Under the pieces are notes generated by a model. The model saw only the letters and a list, made by a program, of their open reading frames with translations. It had not been told where the DNA came from and did no database searches. Positions 14,051 to 27,600 of a stretch of DNA of 64,000 bases are shown one piece after another. Both the position numbers and the translations under genes were made by a program. Position 1 is the stretch's first letter, and every line of letters starts with the position of its first letter. The stretch lies in the NCBI RefSeq assembly GCF_964204645.1, contig NC_134031.1, forward strand, positions 992,001-1,056,000, in the 5' to 3' direction. The DNA is from Tubulanus polymorphus. Lineage: Eukaryota; Animalia; Nemertea.

Positions 14051-14997
14051 CGCTTTTGTCATCAATATATCGTACGTTTTATCCACGTCTTAAAAATCAC
14101 AAAATCGTCTACGAATCCTTGAGCGCTTTGCTAGTTAATGAAATATTTCTATCCGAATGCTAACCCCATTCGCCCTTTGGATATATATTGGCCTATCGTT
14201 GCAGTTATTCATTACACAGTATACGGTTTTTTCAATATATCGTCAAGATAACCAGCGGGAGGTGTGCAGGGGAAAATAGCTCGACATATTACATTAATAT
14301 GCAATTTATTTTCAGATCCCTAATGCATATATATACGACATTATTTTTTCCATATTTTTGTTTATGTTTTCTAAACAATGTGACCGGACTTTTGATTTAA
14401 CTATTGCATAATAGTTATATTATTCCACATTATAATAAAACATTTCATATTTGTATATCTCTTTATGACATGTTGTAATTTTATTGTGGAAATAGATTTA
14501 TCATTATTTATTTATTATTATTATAATTATCGAATGTATAGAAAACTAAATACACCTCAATTCAAACGAGATGAACATTTTTATTCTATTTTGGCCATTT
14601 TTTACTATAGAGTTTACGTATGGCGCAATATCCGTTGATTTCTATGGCGGAATGTTTGAAAAAAAATAAAAAAACCGTTTAGAACGAATCACGTGACAGG
14701 GGCCAAGATCGTCGAACGCGGATTAGCGCGATTGACAGGAACTAATTGTTGTTGAGGAGATTGCTTCCAGTCGGCCATTAGCAGTTAGAGATTAGTCATT
14801 CGTCCATACGTTACATCAGAGAGCATTAGAATTCACTTATCGTAGCGTCTCAGTTGGACCACACGGCCTTGAACCATATACAGTGATTGCGAGACGATAG
14901 ATATGGGAAGAACGATATGATAGATTTCGATATCTGCTAGGACGAGTTAAGCGGAGTTCGTGGAGCGCGTCGGGTATAATTTGAAAAAAATGAATAA

Positions 14998-15038
14998 AGT
15001 TTCAGCTGTTGACTAACAGCCATCATCAGGTGGAATAC
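14998..15038 (-). ncRNA. Hammerhead-ribozyme-like motif (Penelope type), family A, degenerate 3' side
   Basis: Minus strand GTATTCCAC-CTGATGA-T-GGCTGTT-AGTC-AACAGCT-GAAAC: catalytic boxes flanking a paired stem II. Confidence 0.55.
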
Positions 15039-15096
15039 TTTCGCCTGAATACATTCAATCCAGGTGGCGATAATGTAGAAAATGAGAAAAACTGAG

Positions 15097-15144
15097 AGTA
15101 TTCCTGAAGATGACTATTAGGATATAGTCGAAACTTAGATAAAC
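15097..15144 (+). ncRNA. Hammerhead-ribozyme-like motif, family B
   Basis: AGTATTC-CTGAAGA-T-GACTAT-TAGGAT-ATAGTC-GAAAC; perfect 6-bp stem II, degenerate stem III and cleavage triplet. Confidence 0.6.
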
Positions 15145-15218
15145 TAGCAGCTTTAGGAAACATTTTCGGGCTTTAATTGTCGTTATTTTTGTGGGATTCT
15201 TTTTATAAAGAATCCATC

Positions 15219-15253
15219 ATTCCACCTGATGATGTCAACAGTCGAAACTGTGG
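15219..15253 (+). ncRNA. Hammerhead-ribozyme-like motif, family A, internally deleted
   Basis: ATTCCAC-CTGATGA-TGTCAACAGTC-GAAAC-T-GTGG; stem I CCAC/GTGG; inverted homolog of 14998-15038. Confidence 0.5.
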
Positions 15254-15819
15254 TTTCTTTTGATAGATTCTATCATCGCGTGAAATTCTGTTGTTGGATT
15301 TCTTCATTCGGCTACAGTTTATACGGATTAGAGCGTTTTATCCGACTAAACCTTTTTCTTAAGCCGAATACTGATCCGCGCTTGTAGTTGTCCCTGCACC
15401 AGGAGAAAATGGATACATATTTCAATTTTCCTGTCCTCCTGCTTGTGTTCTGAACGCATACATCACGTACCTCAGTAAGAATGATGATACTATATTTACA
15501 CGAATAAAGCGGCGATGATATAGAAACTAAAGATGATAAACCTATTTAGCGAACAGTTTTTGTTAATATACGGCCGCGATTGCGGAATATGATTGATCGA
15601 ACAGGCGCAGAGCATGGATCATTTACCGTACGTGGACTGAACGTAGTCAGCGATGTCTAAAGACGTACACGGCGCCAACACTGTCCTTAATGAATTATCA
15701 ATATACAGTGATGAGCTAATAGACCTCTTATCCTCGATACCAGGAAACAATAATCTATCGTAGCCGCTGAAGAAAAAGTCGTCAGCTCTCTCGAGCGTCT
15801 GATTTATTATTTCTGGTTC

Positions 15820-16600
15820 GCGTCGTTACCGGAAGTGGCCCTTGGTCTTGCCGGAAGTAGATAATGTCGGCAGATCGCTTACTCTCGATGGGTATAGCCG
15901 TACGTAAACACCTGTACCCCGGGGCACAAACAACACCTGCCCATAGGGCATACCTGCCGCGGGTGACTGCGATAAAAATGGTTGAGATTTTGGTAGTATC
16001 GGTCCCATCCGTAGTTATTTATACCTTGCAGAATTCCAGAAAACTCCTATATAGTTATTCTTTTAACCAACTGAGCTTCACTATTAGTGGGTTCAGCCCA
16101 CAGCGCTGAGTGCTGCTCAGGGTTCCCCCAAACCACTGCGCTGAGTGCTGCTCAGGGATCCCCCAACCCACAGCGCTGAGTGCTGCTCAGGGATCCCCCA
16201 ACCCACTGCGCTGAGTGCTACTCAGGGTTCCCCCAACCCACTGCGCTGAGTGCTACTCAGGGTTCCCCCAACCCACTGCGCTGAGTGCTGCTCAGGGTTC
16301 CCCCAACCCACTGCGCTGGGTGCTACTTAGGGTTCCCCCAACCCACAGCGCTGAGTGCGGCTCAGGGTTCCCCCAACCCACTGCGCTGAGTGCTACTCAG
16401 GGTGCCCCCAACCCACTGCGCTGAGTGCTGCTCAGGGTTCCTCCCAACCCACTGCGTTGAGTGCTGCTCAGGGTTCCCCCAACCCACTGGGCGCTACTCA
16501 GGGTTCCTCCAAACCCTGGGCGCTACGCCAGGACTTGAAGCCATGATCCCCGGGTTATTAACGAGTGACCGGTACTCTATACTAAACCCGTGATCGCAGC
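15820..16600 (-). mobile_element. Putative SINE-like composite: tRNA-like head (16521-16600), internal 35-bp minisatellite, GC-richer body
   Basis: Head GCTGCG..GGTTTAGTATAG..GGCTTCAAGTCC..CGTAGC has acceptor-like pairing (GCTGCG/CGTAGC) and directly abuts the array. Confidence 0.4.
16097..16525. repeat. 35-bp minisatellite, ~12 copies (CCCACTGCGCTGAGTGCTGCTCAGGGTTCCCCCAA)
   Basis: Period 35 counted directly. Confidence 0.95.
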
Positions 16601-18072
16601 TGATGATGTGAATAATTTACAGTTCGTTCAACTAAACTTGATAAGAATGCGTATGAAATATATAGTGAAATGTATATTTTTCTACACGACATCAAACAGC
16701 GTCATAAAAATCCTCAATAACGACTGTGTTTGTGTGGATACAGGAAGCGTATTGTCTTTCTCGAGAATTTCACGAATGAATATGATTGATGCCCCGTTGA
16801 TCGTCATATAGTCAGCAGAAATGGAAGAGTCTTCTTGAAGTCGGTGCTGGAGATGCGCATGTCAGCTCATCCGTTAATTCCGTTATGTTTGCATTAATGG
16901 ACAAATGTATGGTTTATGTAATCATGTTCCACTGATTCTCAAGGGCGAGCAGTTCTCTCATTCATTCTCCCTCGCACCCTCTCTTGCACTCTCACTCTCT
17001 CTTCCATGTCTTACCTCTTTCCCTTTCGTTCCCTCTCTCACTACCTCCCCTCTCCCTCCCTCTCCCTCTCTCTTACACACTCTCCTCATTTTTACTCTCT
17101 CATAGTCTTCATTCATTCTTGCTCTCTCTCCCCCTCTCCCCCCTCTCACACTCCCCCCTCATTTTCTCTCTGTCTCACTCTCTCCTCTCTTTCTCTCCAT
17201 CTCTCTCACATCTCTCTACCGTCTTCGCGTGGTGCCAGATTTGCCCTCGCTGTCAGCTCTGTGATATGGTAATACTATGTTTAATTAAGCCTATGGCAGC
17301 GACGGTTGTTCACAGATATCGGTATTTGAATAACTTATGAACGGATTATTATATTTGAAGCATGACCGCGGCTGTCTGCCACCTGAACTTGACAAGTTAT
17401 CCGCAAAATATGCCGCCACCAATTTGCCGCCTCTATTATACACATTTTCAATCGGATATTTTTTGCGCAGAGAATTACATCGAACGCGTGTTGTTTACAC
17501 GTGAAAGTCCGATTCGTGTATTTTTCGCTTAGAGAATGTGAAGAGAATGGAGAGAATTTACAACCCGTTAAAGCGCGTTTTATAACGTGTTTTGATCGAT
17601 CGTTCACATAAACACATTCGAACAGGGTTGGCTGTAATATTCTATATGTTTACCGGCTTCTTAATCAGCTTCGAGTGCTCTTAAACAAAGTGCTTCGCAA
17701 GGAGAAAGATTGAGAGAACGAAGCCCATATACACATGATAATACTCAATTCGCTTCGATGACGTGCTAGAAATCTGGTTGATGATAGTAAAATAAGAGCC
17801 TACAGGCTGTCACGTGACTACCGCGCTACTTAGTCTCTTATCATTAAACTATTTTCACCAGAAAACACTTTTGCGCGCATCATGTTTTAGTTTGTAGCCA
17901 TTTGAGCTCATTACACTCGGTAATTACCGGTAGTGATACGACGATGATAAGACTTGTAATATCGCGAGAGTTGATGTGATTTGCTTCACCGCGCAAATAC
18001 AAGACACAAGAAAGTGTGATGTGTACTTCATCTCATTCAACCGCGTGTCTATAGAGAAACCACCAAAACCCG

Positions 18073-18238
18073 AGCTCAATTTCATACGAGTGTGCAGGGA
18101 AAAATAATCTTTGTGATTATTTTAAAATTTGTCGGTTATTATCGTGGTTTCTGGTGAGAAGACAGTTGAAACAGCTCGTGACTTTATGACGGTTTACCCC
18201 CAGTGGTAACCTTGATACCAAGTCTATGAAACCGGGCC
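18073..18238. mobile_element. Diverged copy of the 8700-8846 MITE in the opposite orientation
   Basis: Ends in GACGGTTTACCCCCAGTGGTAACCTTGATACCAAGTCTATGAAACCGGGCC, matching the reverse complement of the left part of the 8700 element. Confidence 0.7.
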
Positions 18239-21200
18239 CTCCAAATTTGACCCCCTCTTCCACTCGAAAATTGCATGTTTTCCGGTGATTTTGACCTTCC
18301 TTTGTTGTTCCTTTTCATTCATCAGCTCATAGTTATTTTACACTGATGTAAAGTGCACTGATTACTATTTGTAGGAGTGCTTGATATATAAGAAAATAGA
18401 TTATCATTATCATTGTTATTGTTAAACCCCAACCTTCCATGTTTTCTATATCCGCCCATGGAATTCACAATCAAATTCAAAATTGGAAAATGATTTTGTC
18501 ACTTTCAGCAAGCTGCCAGCCTCTAGTGTTAACCGCTGTACAATTCTCATTTTAGGATTATACGACCACCACTATAGGATAACAGTAAAATGCGTAGTGT
18601 CGAAAGTCCATTATTAGCGGCTTATTGTGTTTGATATAAGGTAAGGCAAGCGCGAAATAAATTCAAATTAATTCAATTCAATTTGTTCGTCGTAATTACG
18701 TAGAAGATTCGTCCGTAAGTGTTGTAATGTTGAGTAACTTATCGACTTCGAAATTACAATCTGTGAAATTAATGCACGATCTAATGAATGTATCAATGAA
18801 TGTATGAATAAAAATAAGTCACCTGGTTGAATTGACGAAGAATATTTTTAATGGAGATTGATGCGGTTATTCATTTGATTGGTAGATTACGTTTGAATTT
18901 TTCTTTCCGATTTGGTGTCCCTTTTTACAAACCCACCACACCTGCCGGGATCAGGGGGTTCGATTTTGAAATCGGAAATCGAATAATAGATATGTGTGAT
19001 CGGTGGTAAAATTTACAGAATTTGTTCGTTCAAATCGAAGTACATGATTGGCAATTTCGGTTCCGGTTCATTCTAGCAATCTTTTCTTAAAATGATAAGG
19101 TCTCTGCAAAAGAGGCATTAAACCCTGCTTTTCAGAGGTAAGATTAAAAACGATCGCGAATTTGAAAGTGACTTTGCAAACGAACATGAGTCGATGCGTT
19201 ACATTCTGAAACTTCATTCATGGTGCGTGGTTTATATATTGATGAAAAATATATTTAAGGAAATGCGTAACTGAAAATACTAATAAATGGTCAAAAATTT
19301 TGAAATTCTCAGCTGAAGAAAATCTCATTGAAATCCGCTTCGAAAACGATTGCTTACGTCACAGTAATTAGTAACGAATCTTGATATTTCAAATTACGTT
19401 ATTTTTTCCGGTTCTAAATTCAAATTCGAATTTTTTCGCGAATTTCGCGCATGTTTTACAGTTGATGAATTAAACAATTTCCGTCGTTGATTGCGCAATC
19501 GCATGTCGCAGACGATAGCATCGTGTTTCGCCCGTTATACAAATTGATTTATAGGCGTGACGTCACGGGTTAAAAACAGTGCAACACACGATCGACGGAT
19601 GATCTTTTATTTTAGCCTCGTGCGAAAAGTTGATTTTAGATTCGATTTCAAACCAGAAACGAAATGACAAACTTATCGACTTTTTATAGCGTGTGCAAAT
19701 ACGCTCGCAACGAGTTATAATATTGTCTATACCTCGAATTGGCGACGCATTTTAAGCTTCTGTTGCAGAATCCATCAGTTGTAGGGAGGCCGGTACGCAG
19801 CGAACTTGAATAATCGGACAAGCTCACGTTCTTTGTGTATTGGTTTTTCATTTTTATTTTCGATTAATGCATTCATATTCATGTTCATTCAAAGTTCCTT
19901 CTTAACTTTCTCTTACGTGTTATTGGACTCGTGCCAGTATTTAGCGGAGATAACAGCCGTCTGCGGGCTGCACACTTGCACCGGCCAGCCTTAGATCAGA
20001 GTTAACCAACCGGCTGCATTCCCAAAAAATCCGACTTCTGGAACTCCCGTAAATGCTTCACACCCGCAGCGATATGAGATCAATAAACCGAGAGGTTACT
20101 GTGGCAATGGAGGATCCACAAGGGGCGTTAGCGCGGTGTAATTACTAAAACTGATATATAGATTATGTGTAAGTCTTATAAATTAGATCGGTCACAAAAT
20201 AAATCCGCTAATTTTCCATTCGATCGTTTTCTCAATCGGTCATGCACCAGACACTTCGATAGATATCGGTAATCGACGGATTTTTCTTTTTAAAACATGT
20301 TCAGTTCAATCTGAAATCCGCGGATAACAACGTAGTATTAGACAACCAGATATGTTTGAGAGAGAGGGGAGAGAGGGAGAGAGGGCGCGATTATCGACCA
20401 CAGAATGCCGTGGTGAAAACAAGCATCTGGCTTCGGGTATCATAAAGAATGAGGCCAATAGCTTCTGGACCCAGTTCTACAGACAGGTTCAACTCAATTC
20501 ATTTTCAAATGCTTATGAGTAATATCCGATTCTTTCATAAACCAAGGATTTATATAGGTTCAAATAAATTCGGAATATTCAAATATACCCGGGTCCACAG
20601 TTGCGCAGACGTGTTTTAAATCAAAAAGTTGACTCATATCTAGACTGGTGTTGACCATAACCCAGCAGTCAATAATCACTTTAAATGTGATAATGTGAAT
20701 TCAGGTCTAATGACGAATACAACAGCAGCCACCGCTACCGCTGTCATCATTCTCAATCCAGCTCGATACTTCTCGAGCACCTGTCGCGCAACCTCTCTCT
20801 ACCTCTCTCTTTTTATCAGTAAATTAGATTTTTATGTTTGCTCAGACATGTTATTGCATCGAATAGGATTCGAGTCCCTGAATTATCTTCTAAGGCCTTA
20901 GCACTCTTTTCACGCGCAAACGCGCTGAAAGACGTCGCGCGGCGTAATGAGGGTATTTATTGAGTACAGGAAGAGGCGAAGTCGTGTTCCGATATAAAGC
21001 ATCCATTTCTCTAGAGCTCTTTAGAAATTTCATTCAAAATTGCGAGTTTCGAATTCTGATTAGTCAATGATTTTCTTTGACTTGGCTCCGCGAACAACAT
21101 CTATCAACCTTGATAGTGTGTATTTCAACTTGATTTCAATGAATGCCGGATGCCATAATTCAGTCAGTCTAAAAAGTAGGCCTATACGTGATATAGGTGT

Positions 21201-23519
21201 GGAAATGACAAGCACCGATTGGCAGCCGAAATAAACTATCGATTTGTAATTCGGTTTACACTGTATCGAAGGATTGCAGAAAAATTCTTCTAAACTCAAG
21301 TCGAGAGAAGAGACATTAGATACATCTCACTAAGCAGGCCCGGCAAAGCCTAAAAAAGCTGCGTGTAACACTGGTACCTTTCCGACATGCTACACGTGAA
21401 ACTCGATTAGCTAAATGTGACGAGACAGATTATCTAGCACAGTGGAGTTAACTTCTGACCTGGAAGGCGCTGTTTCCTCACATTGAAGGTGTTATATAGA
21501 TTGAACTGTCTATCGCCGGCGGCGTCTAAGAATTTAATACAAGTCTTCACGCGATGGTTGAATTCGATTGCCATTATTATCGCGAGCTTAATGCGGTTTC
21601 GCTAAATGCGGAGGCATTTGACCGTATAAACAGTACCACCACCTCACTGCTGCTGCGGCTGCTGAAACAGAGTGTCCGCGGGGCTTCGGCTTCTGAGATC
21701 GTTCAAAATCACTTGTATCGTTTAGTATTGATAGGCCCCTTCACGTCCAATCAAACATGGCGCCGGTCAATCATCGTCGTCTGTCGTATGCTGTCAATTT
21801 CACGTTACCATGGAGACACGTGGGAAAACCCTAAATTGATCAGATGAAATACATTTGGAAATCCGGAAAAGATGTTGATAGCAGCGGCAGCAACAGCAGC
21901 AGCAGCAGCGGCAGCTTCATCTACAGATTGACTCCTCACCCTCACCACAAGTGTCGTATCAAACTTCACACGATGTTCGATCGAAACGTTTATTTTCATT
22001 TAGCCAACGGAAGATTTTTCGATATTTGCATCGCGTTCTCCTCGCTGAATCTTACCTTCTGAGTATGTTAATAGATGTAGCCGCGGTTTACATTATGATG
22101 TTGCTGTAACTCGTGATAAGTAATTTGTAAGTGGTTATAATTGAAAGTTAGCGTGACGCAGTCGCCGCATCCGAGACAAACGTAAACGAATGTCCTAAAC
22201 TCTCCTAGGACCTCGCTTGATGAGGTGGTATCAATTTTCCGATGATGGTCTCTCACAATAATTGTTGATCGTTGGCAGTCGCGCGTTTCTGTCCTCAGAT
22301 ATATATTTGCAAAATTTACTTGTAATAGGAATTATCAAAATCCACGTGTCTTATGCGTATATATTGTTTACGAATTTGGAGAACGATGTCCGTTCTAGAT
22401 ACTTGTCACGTCTTACTTAGATAGTCTGGGATAATTTCAAAAGCTGTTCGAGCATTTTGCAACAAACGTTAACGAAATTCATATATCAAAAAATGAAAAC
22501 TAAAGTGAAAAGACAAGATGTGAGTAGCCGATATTACGGTTCTGATATTGACGATGTCAGTTAGTACCTTGCAGTTGCTCAAAAACTGGTAAAAGGTAAC
22601 CGGCCGATAAATACCGGTAACGATGGCCTTTTTTGATTGTCACTATGTCAACTATATCCACTGGTTAACTCTAAGCAACTTAGCATCAAACGCAGTCCTG
22701 ATCTGGTTAACTTAAACTTTAACCGACTTTTATGCAAGTGGTGGCTCCTTGTGTCTTCTACGAATGTTTGAAATACGACTCATTGTACTTACAACTTCGA
22801 TCGCATCGTTAATTAATAGTGCATTTTACTTATAGCATTGATGCAATTAAGCTCAATTTGCGAATCTCCAGGAAGATAAGTGGTAATCCTATCGAAGGCC
22901 GTTCTCTCTCCCTGCAGTCTCTCACTCTGATCTCGCGCTGCACTTCTTTATCTCAAAGCGATTCTAAATCTCTGTCATCAACGCTATCAATATGGCATAG
23001 TTCGCATGGTGCGGCGGGTAGTTTGCGGAGAAAATCTAAATTGGTGTAAATTGGACATTTTGAATAAAAACTGGGTTAAGGCCACATAACCCCTGGATTC
23101 TAAGATATTGGATAGGTTGCAGAGTTTTCAATGGTAAGGCGGGTTTGCTCTAGTTCGAAGATAAATCAAATTGATGAAACAATTGATACATTTTAAACAA
23201 AACCGGGTTGACCTTGCAAGGTGGAGAAGGTCGTGACATCACCTGGATTCTGGAAAATGAAAATGCGGATTAGGCCGCAACCCTTGGTGCGTTTTGATCA
23301 TGTCGGTGATCAGTTGGAGACTATTGGGAAATCTATGAATCGATCAAATTTTTCAGTTTCGCTGTCAGAGACATCGGTACCACCACTGGCTGGTGCGGCG
23401 GCGACGTCTGCGAGAAAAATGTTTCATTCCGATTTTCGGGGTCAAATTTTCGTCGGATCTAATTTTTACTCGTAGCCGAAATCGTCTTGACGATGAAAAC
23501 ATGTCATTATCACCTGTCA

Positions 23520-23894
23520 CACGACAGCGCGTCGCTGCGTGATGACGTCACGTTCACCGCCGCCGCCACCACCGCGTGCGGTCGGTGTTACTGATGACAA
23601 TGGTTGACTGTCTCTCCTGTGACAGGATAACTCGTGTGTTTAACGCTGTAAGATTGATTTTATTGAATATGTACCGAGCGTTAATAGAAATACTTCATTT
23701 CCGAGATGTTTCGATCAGCTAATCAACATTTGTAAAAGTTCGTCGTAAATGTTTTATCGTCAATTTTGGATTTATTGTTGTTTTTAAAAAGTGCCTTGTT
23801 TTGATAAACTCGCTGTTGTCGGCATCGAAATGGATTTTCTAATTACCGTTTGGAAAAGTCGTCTTTGAGCTCTTCGATTTGACAACACTGTTTG
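23520..23894 (+). promoter_or_regulatory. Putative CRE-containing promoter with a non-coding first exon
   Basis: CRE at 23543-23550 in a CpG-rich patch; consensus donor TTG|GTAAGT at 23895. Confidence 0.3.
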
Positions 23895-25238
23895 GTAAGT
23901 TAGTTCAAAATGCGTGTAAGCGTTATAGAAAAAATCTATATGTTTCGAATAAAAGTTGAACAAAACTTAGTGTTTTCAAAGACTTCACTAATTGTAAATT
24001 GCCAGATTCTATAGCACAAAACATCATTTCATTAAGTTATTCATACAGTTTGGTCATAGAGAACTTCGACTTGTATTTAGAAATACACATAATTTTATCT
24101 CGAATATTTCGATCGATTTGTCTCTGGGTCACTTGGAGACTTTGACGATTAGATGAAAACTTTGAAAAGAGCGCGTTTGGCCAAACGAGCTTCCGTTACG
24201 ATTTCAAAACCGAAGCGCTGGTTTCGTTCCCGTCAGTGGTGGATTGTAAGGGACTGAGGAGCGCGCGCGCAATACTCTGATCGCTGTCCCTACTAGAAGT
24301 TAAATGAACAATCCAAAAGGGTTAGTCTATGGAAAATCCAGCTCCCAATGAAGTAAAGCAAAGACAAACAAATAAATAATTAAATCAAATAAAAAAAGAA
24401 GAGGAATCATCCCGATTTCAAGAAAAAAACGTGTTTCCAGCCGTGTTATGACAGCTATATGCTATCGCGTTACTGAATATGGGTATCGTTTGTTAGAGTG
24501 TTATCGGAAGTTGTTAAGTTGCTCCGGAGTGTTTTACAGCGATGGCTACAAAATGTGCAAATATGAAAATGTGAATTTGTGGCGAGTTTTTCGCGTTGAT
24601 TGCTTTCAAAATCCTTTTAACGGTTTTGTGTCGGAACGACGCGGCGCAGGCTCCAGCGATTGTTTTCGCAACGAGCGAAGAAACGAACTAAGCGACAATT
24701 TAACAGCTGACTTACCGGGCGAGTCTGTCGTGTTGGTGTTTGTTTATATTTTGTGAGGCGAACACAGGGAAACCGCCTGTGGCAGGTAATTATTACATGA
24801 TACGATTCAAAGTCAATTCTGAAGATAGAAAATGAGCAATTTATTCGCAACACCGGGAGACTCTTTCGCTCTCTCTCGTTCTCTCTCTCTCTTTCTCTCC
24901 CTCTCTCTCTCTACCAGACATTGTCGCCTCAGTTTTTATACATAATTGGGATTCGCAGTGTCTTTGTATAACGGTTCGGTTCCTACCTTATTTTCAATTT
25001 TCGATTTTTACCGCACTGCGCTGTCGTCGAACTGTATTAACTCCAGGCGGTAAAGCCGTGTCTTTTTAACGCTTTTTTTTCTGCAGTGCGAAAAAGGCTT
25101 AGCGTGATAACGATTGTATTATCACGCGGTCAGCGTCAAGTTCAGTTTTTGAACGAGTGGGTGGGTGCAAGATGTTGCAGGGGCTTTGCAAGCCATCTTA
25201 GTGGCGGTGAGGTTTGCCAGAAAATTGATAGCAAGATA

Positions 25239-26175
25239 GGCGGCCACGGCGCGGGTCCTGTGCCTATTCCCATGAGAGGCGGCCAGGGTGCGGGTCCTGC
25301 GCTTATTCATGTGAGAGGCAGCCCAGGCGTAGGTCCTGTGACTATTCCCACGAGAGGCAGCCACGGCGTGGGTCCTGTGCCTATTCCCGTGAGAGGTGGC
25401 CACAGCGCGGGTCCTGTGCCTATTCCCGTGAGAGGCAGCCACGGCGCCAGTACTGTGCCTATTCCCGTGAGAGGCGGCCACGGCGCCTATTCCCGTGAGA
25501 GGTGGCCACGGCGCGGGTCCTGCTGTGAGAGGCGGCCACGGCGTGGGTCCTGTGCCTATTCCCGTGAGAGGCGGCTAGGGTGCGGGTCCTGCGTCTATTC
25601 ATGTGAGAGGCAGCCGCGGCGCAGGTCCTGTGCCTATTCCCGTGAGAGGCGGCCACGGCGCGGGTCCTGCCCTATTCCCGTGAGAGGCAGCCACGGCGCA
25701 AGTACTGTGCCTATTCCCGTGAGAGGCGGCCACGGCGCCTATTCCCGTGAGAGGTGGCCACGGCGCGGGTCCTGCTGTGAGAGGCGGCCACGGCGTGGGT
25801 CCTGTGCCTATTCCCGTGAGAGGCGGCCAGGGTGCGGGTCCTGCGTCTATTCATGTGAGAGGCAGCCGCGGCGCAGGTCCTGTGCCTATTCCCGTGAGAG
25901 GCGGCCACGGCGTGGGTCCTGTGCCTATTCCCGAGAGAGGCAGCCGCGGCGCAGGTCCTGTGCCTATTCCTGTGAGAGGTGGCCACGGCGCGGGTCCTGT
26001 GCCTATTCCCGTGAGAGGCAGCCACAGCGTGGGTCCTGTGCCTATTCCTGTGAGAGGTGGCCACGGCGCGGGTCCTGTGCCTATTCCCGTGAGAGGCAGC
26101 CACGGCGCGGGTCCTGTGCCTATTCCTGTGAGAGGCAGCCACGGCACGGGTCCTGCGCCTATTCCCGCGAGAGGT
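25239..26175. repeat. GC-rich 39-bp minisatellite with truncated units and a 252-bp higher-order duplication
   Basis: Unit CCCGTGAGAGGCGGCCACGGCGCGGGTCCTGTGCCTATT; marker AGTACTGTG at 25449 and 25701. Confidence 0.95.
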
Positions 26176-27369
26176 AAAGAAAGGCCTACATCAAATATGA
26201 TTATTACTGTTTAAACACAGTCATATATTCAGTTATTTACCGAATTATGAGGGAATGTAAGTAAATACCGATACATTGAATAGACCGCACGACCCCCACA
26301 GGGAAATCACTGCAGTAAACGACCGACCAATCGTCCGTTCCGTGCAGCGTCCGCTCTTTCAGGTTATCCGTCTTCACTCGATGATTCACTGACAGTTGGA
26401 CAACATAAAATCATCGACGGTTGATGATCTATAAAACCACCACGCTTCGGTAATCACACTCATTACGTGACGCCACTGACGACACAAAAATTGTTTCTAT
26501 ATTTAGCGAACGAATCGAATTTCGACGAGATGTTTACCTCGCAGCGAATGTCTACCGATATTCCCGCACCCCACCGTCAGCCCGCCGTCAACGCAAGGTC
26601 GCGTCTGTTATCAAGTATATGTACGAGCAAGTTTTGTCAGTAACAAAAGCTTTGTTCAGTTCTGCTGTATCGAATACATGCGTGTCCGGAAACTGGGCAA
26701 AGGTTGACTAAAAAATATGTCGATTTTTATGAAGTCATTAAGTGATTGAGTAAAGTATACACTGATGGTGAGGAGCTTGCATCACATTTTGATGGTGTCC
26801 CTAACAAACCCACAAGTCCACACGAAACGGTGGGGATGATTTAGAAATCGGATACAGTTTCCGACCCATCGATCTCATTTCAAATAGTCGCAAAAAAAGA
26901 TGCTTTTTAATGATTAATTTCGAAAGTTTTTCATCAGAATTTGACTCATTGGTAATGAATTAATCCGGTAGAAATCTGTACGATTTTAAGATTATAAATC
27001 ATTATTTAACCATCACTGAAATCTGTGGCTACCGCAAGAGACAGAACCTATAGTCTGCTGAAGAGCATCGTGTGGAAATATGTATACATTTCATTACATC
27101 AACTGCTACCCTGGCGCACATCTGTATTACTATTATTCATGTATCGAGACGAACAATAATTCTCTATCTATGAACACGATTCAATTAGGAATCGATCTAT
27201 CGTAGAAACACCTGTCGAGCACAACCAACTCTATCTGAATATTCGACTCGGTACATGCCGTGTGAAAATTAACTCATTTCGGGACATATCGAGACTAACA
27301 GCGATATACCTGCTGCTGTCCAGACTCGTAGATAGGATTTTCTTAAGTCAATCTTTGATTTTCATCAAT

Positions 27370-27600
27370 TAAACCTTTCACGTCCACATATCGCACTCAT
27401 CGTGTATTTCCTACACGCTACATCTTGTTCCAAAGGCACCATCATTGATTTACATGGGCAGTTCTTAATTCCAAAATGGATGAATAGATTTTTTCTACCA
27501 AAAAAGAGCATAGCCTTTAGTAACTGTAACTGGTGCCGGGCTCGAACCTAGGCACCGCTGAACTGAAAGCCAGCGCGCTAGCCACCAGACCACTTTGTTG
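27370..27600 (-). mobile_element. tRNA-derived SINE or tRNA pseudogene (tRNA-Glu-like head at 27530-27600); 3' boundary uncertain
   Basis: Minus strand GTGGTCTGGTGGCTAG (A box)..CTGGCTTTCAGTTCAG..GGTTCGAGCCC (B box); no proper acceptor stem. Confidence 0.55.

Noticed and set aside
17269-17277. TAGTATTAC nonanucleotide (- strand), the circovirus origin motif
   Set aside because: No flanking stem-loop and over 30 kb from the viral remnant; compatible with chance.
26917-26940. CTGATGA..GAAA on the - strand, and other lone CTGANGA words (16600, 23591, 47635, 55942)
   Set aside because: No proper stem II, stem I or family tail; expected by chance.
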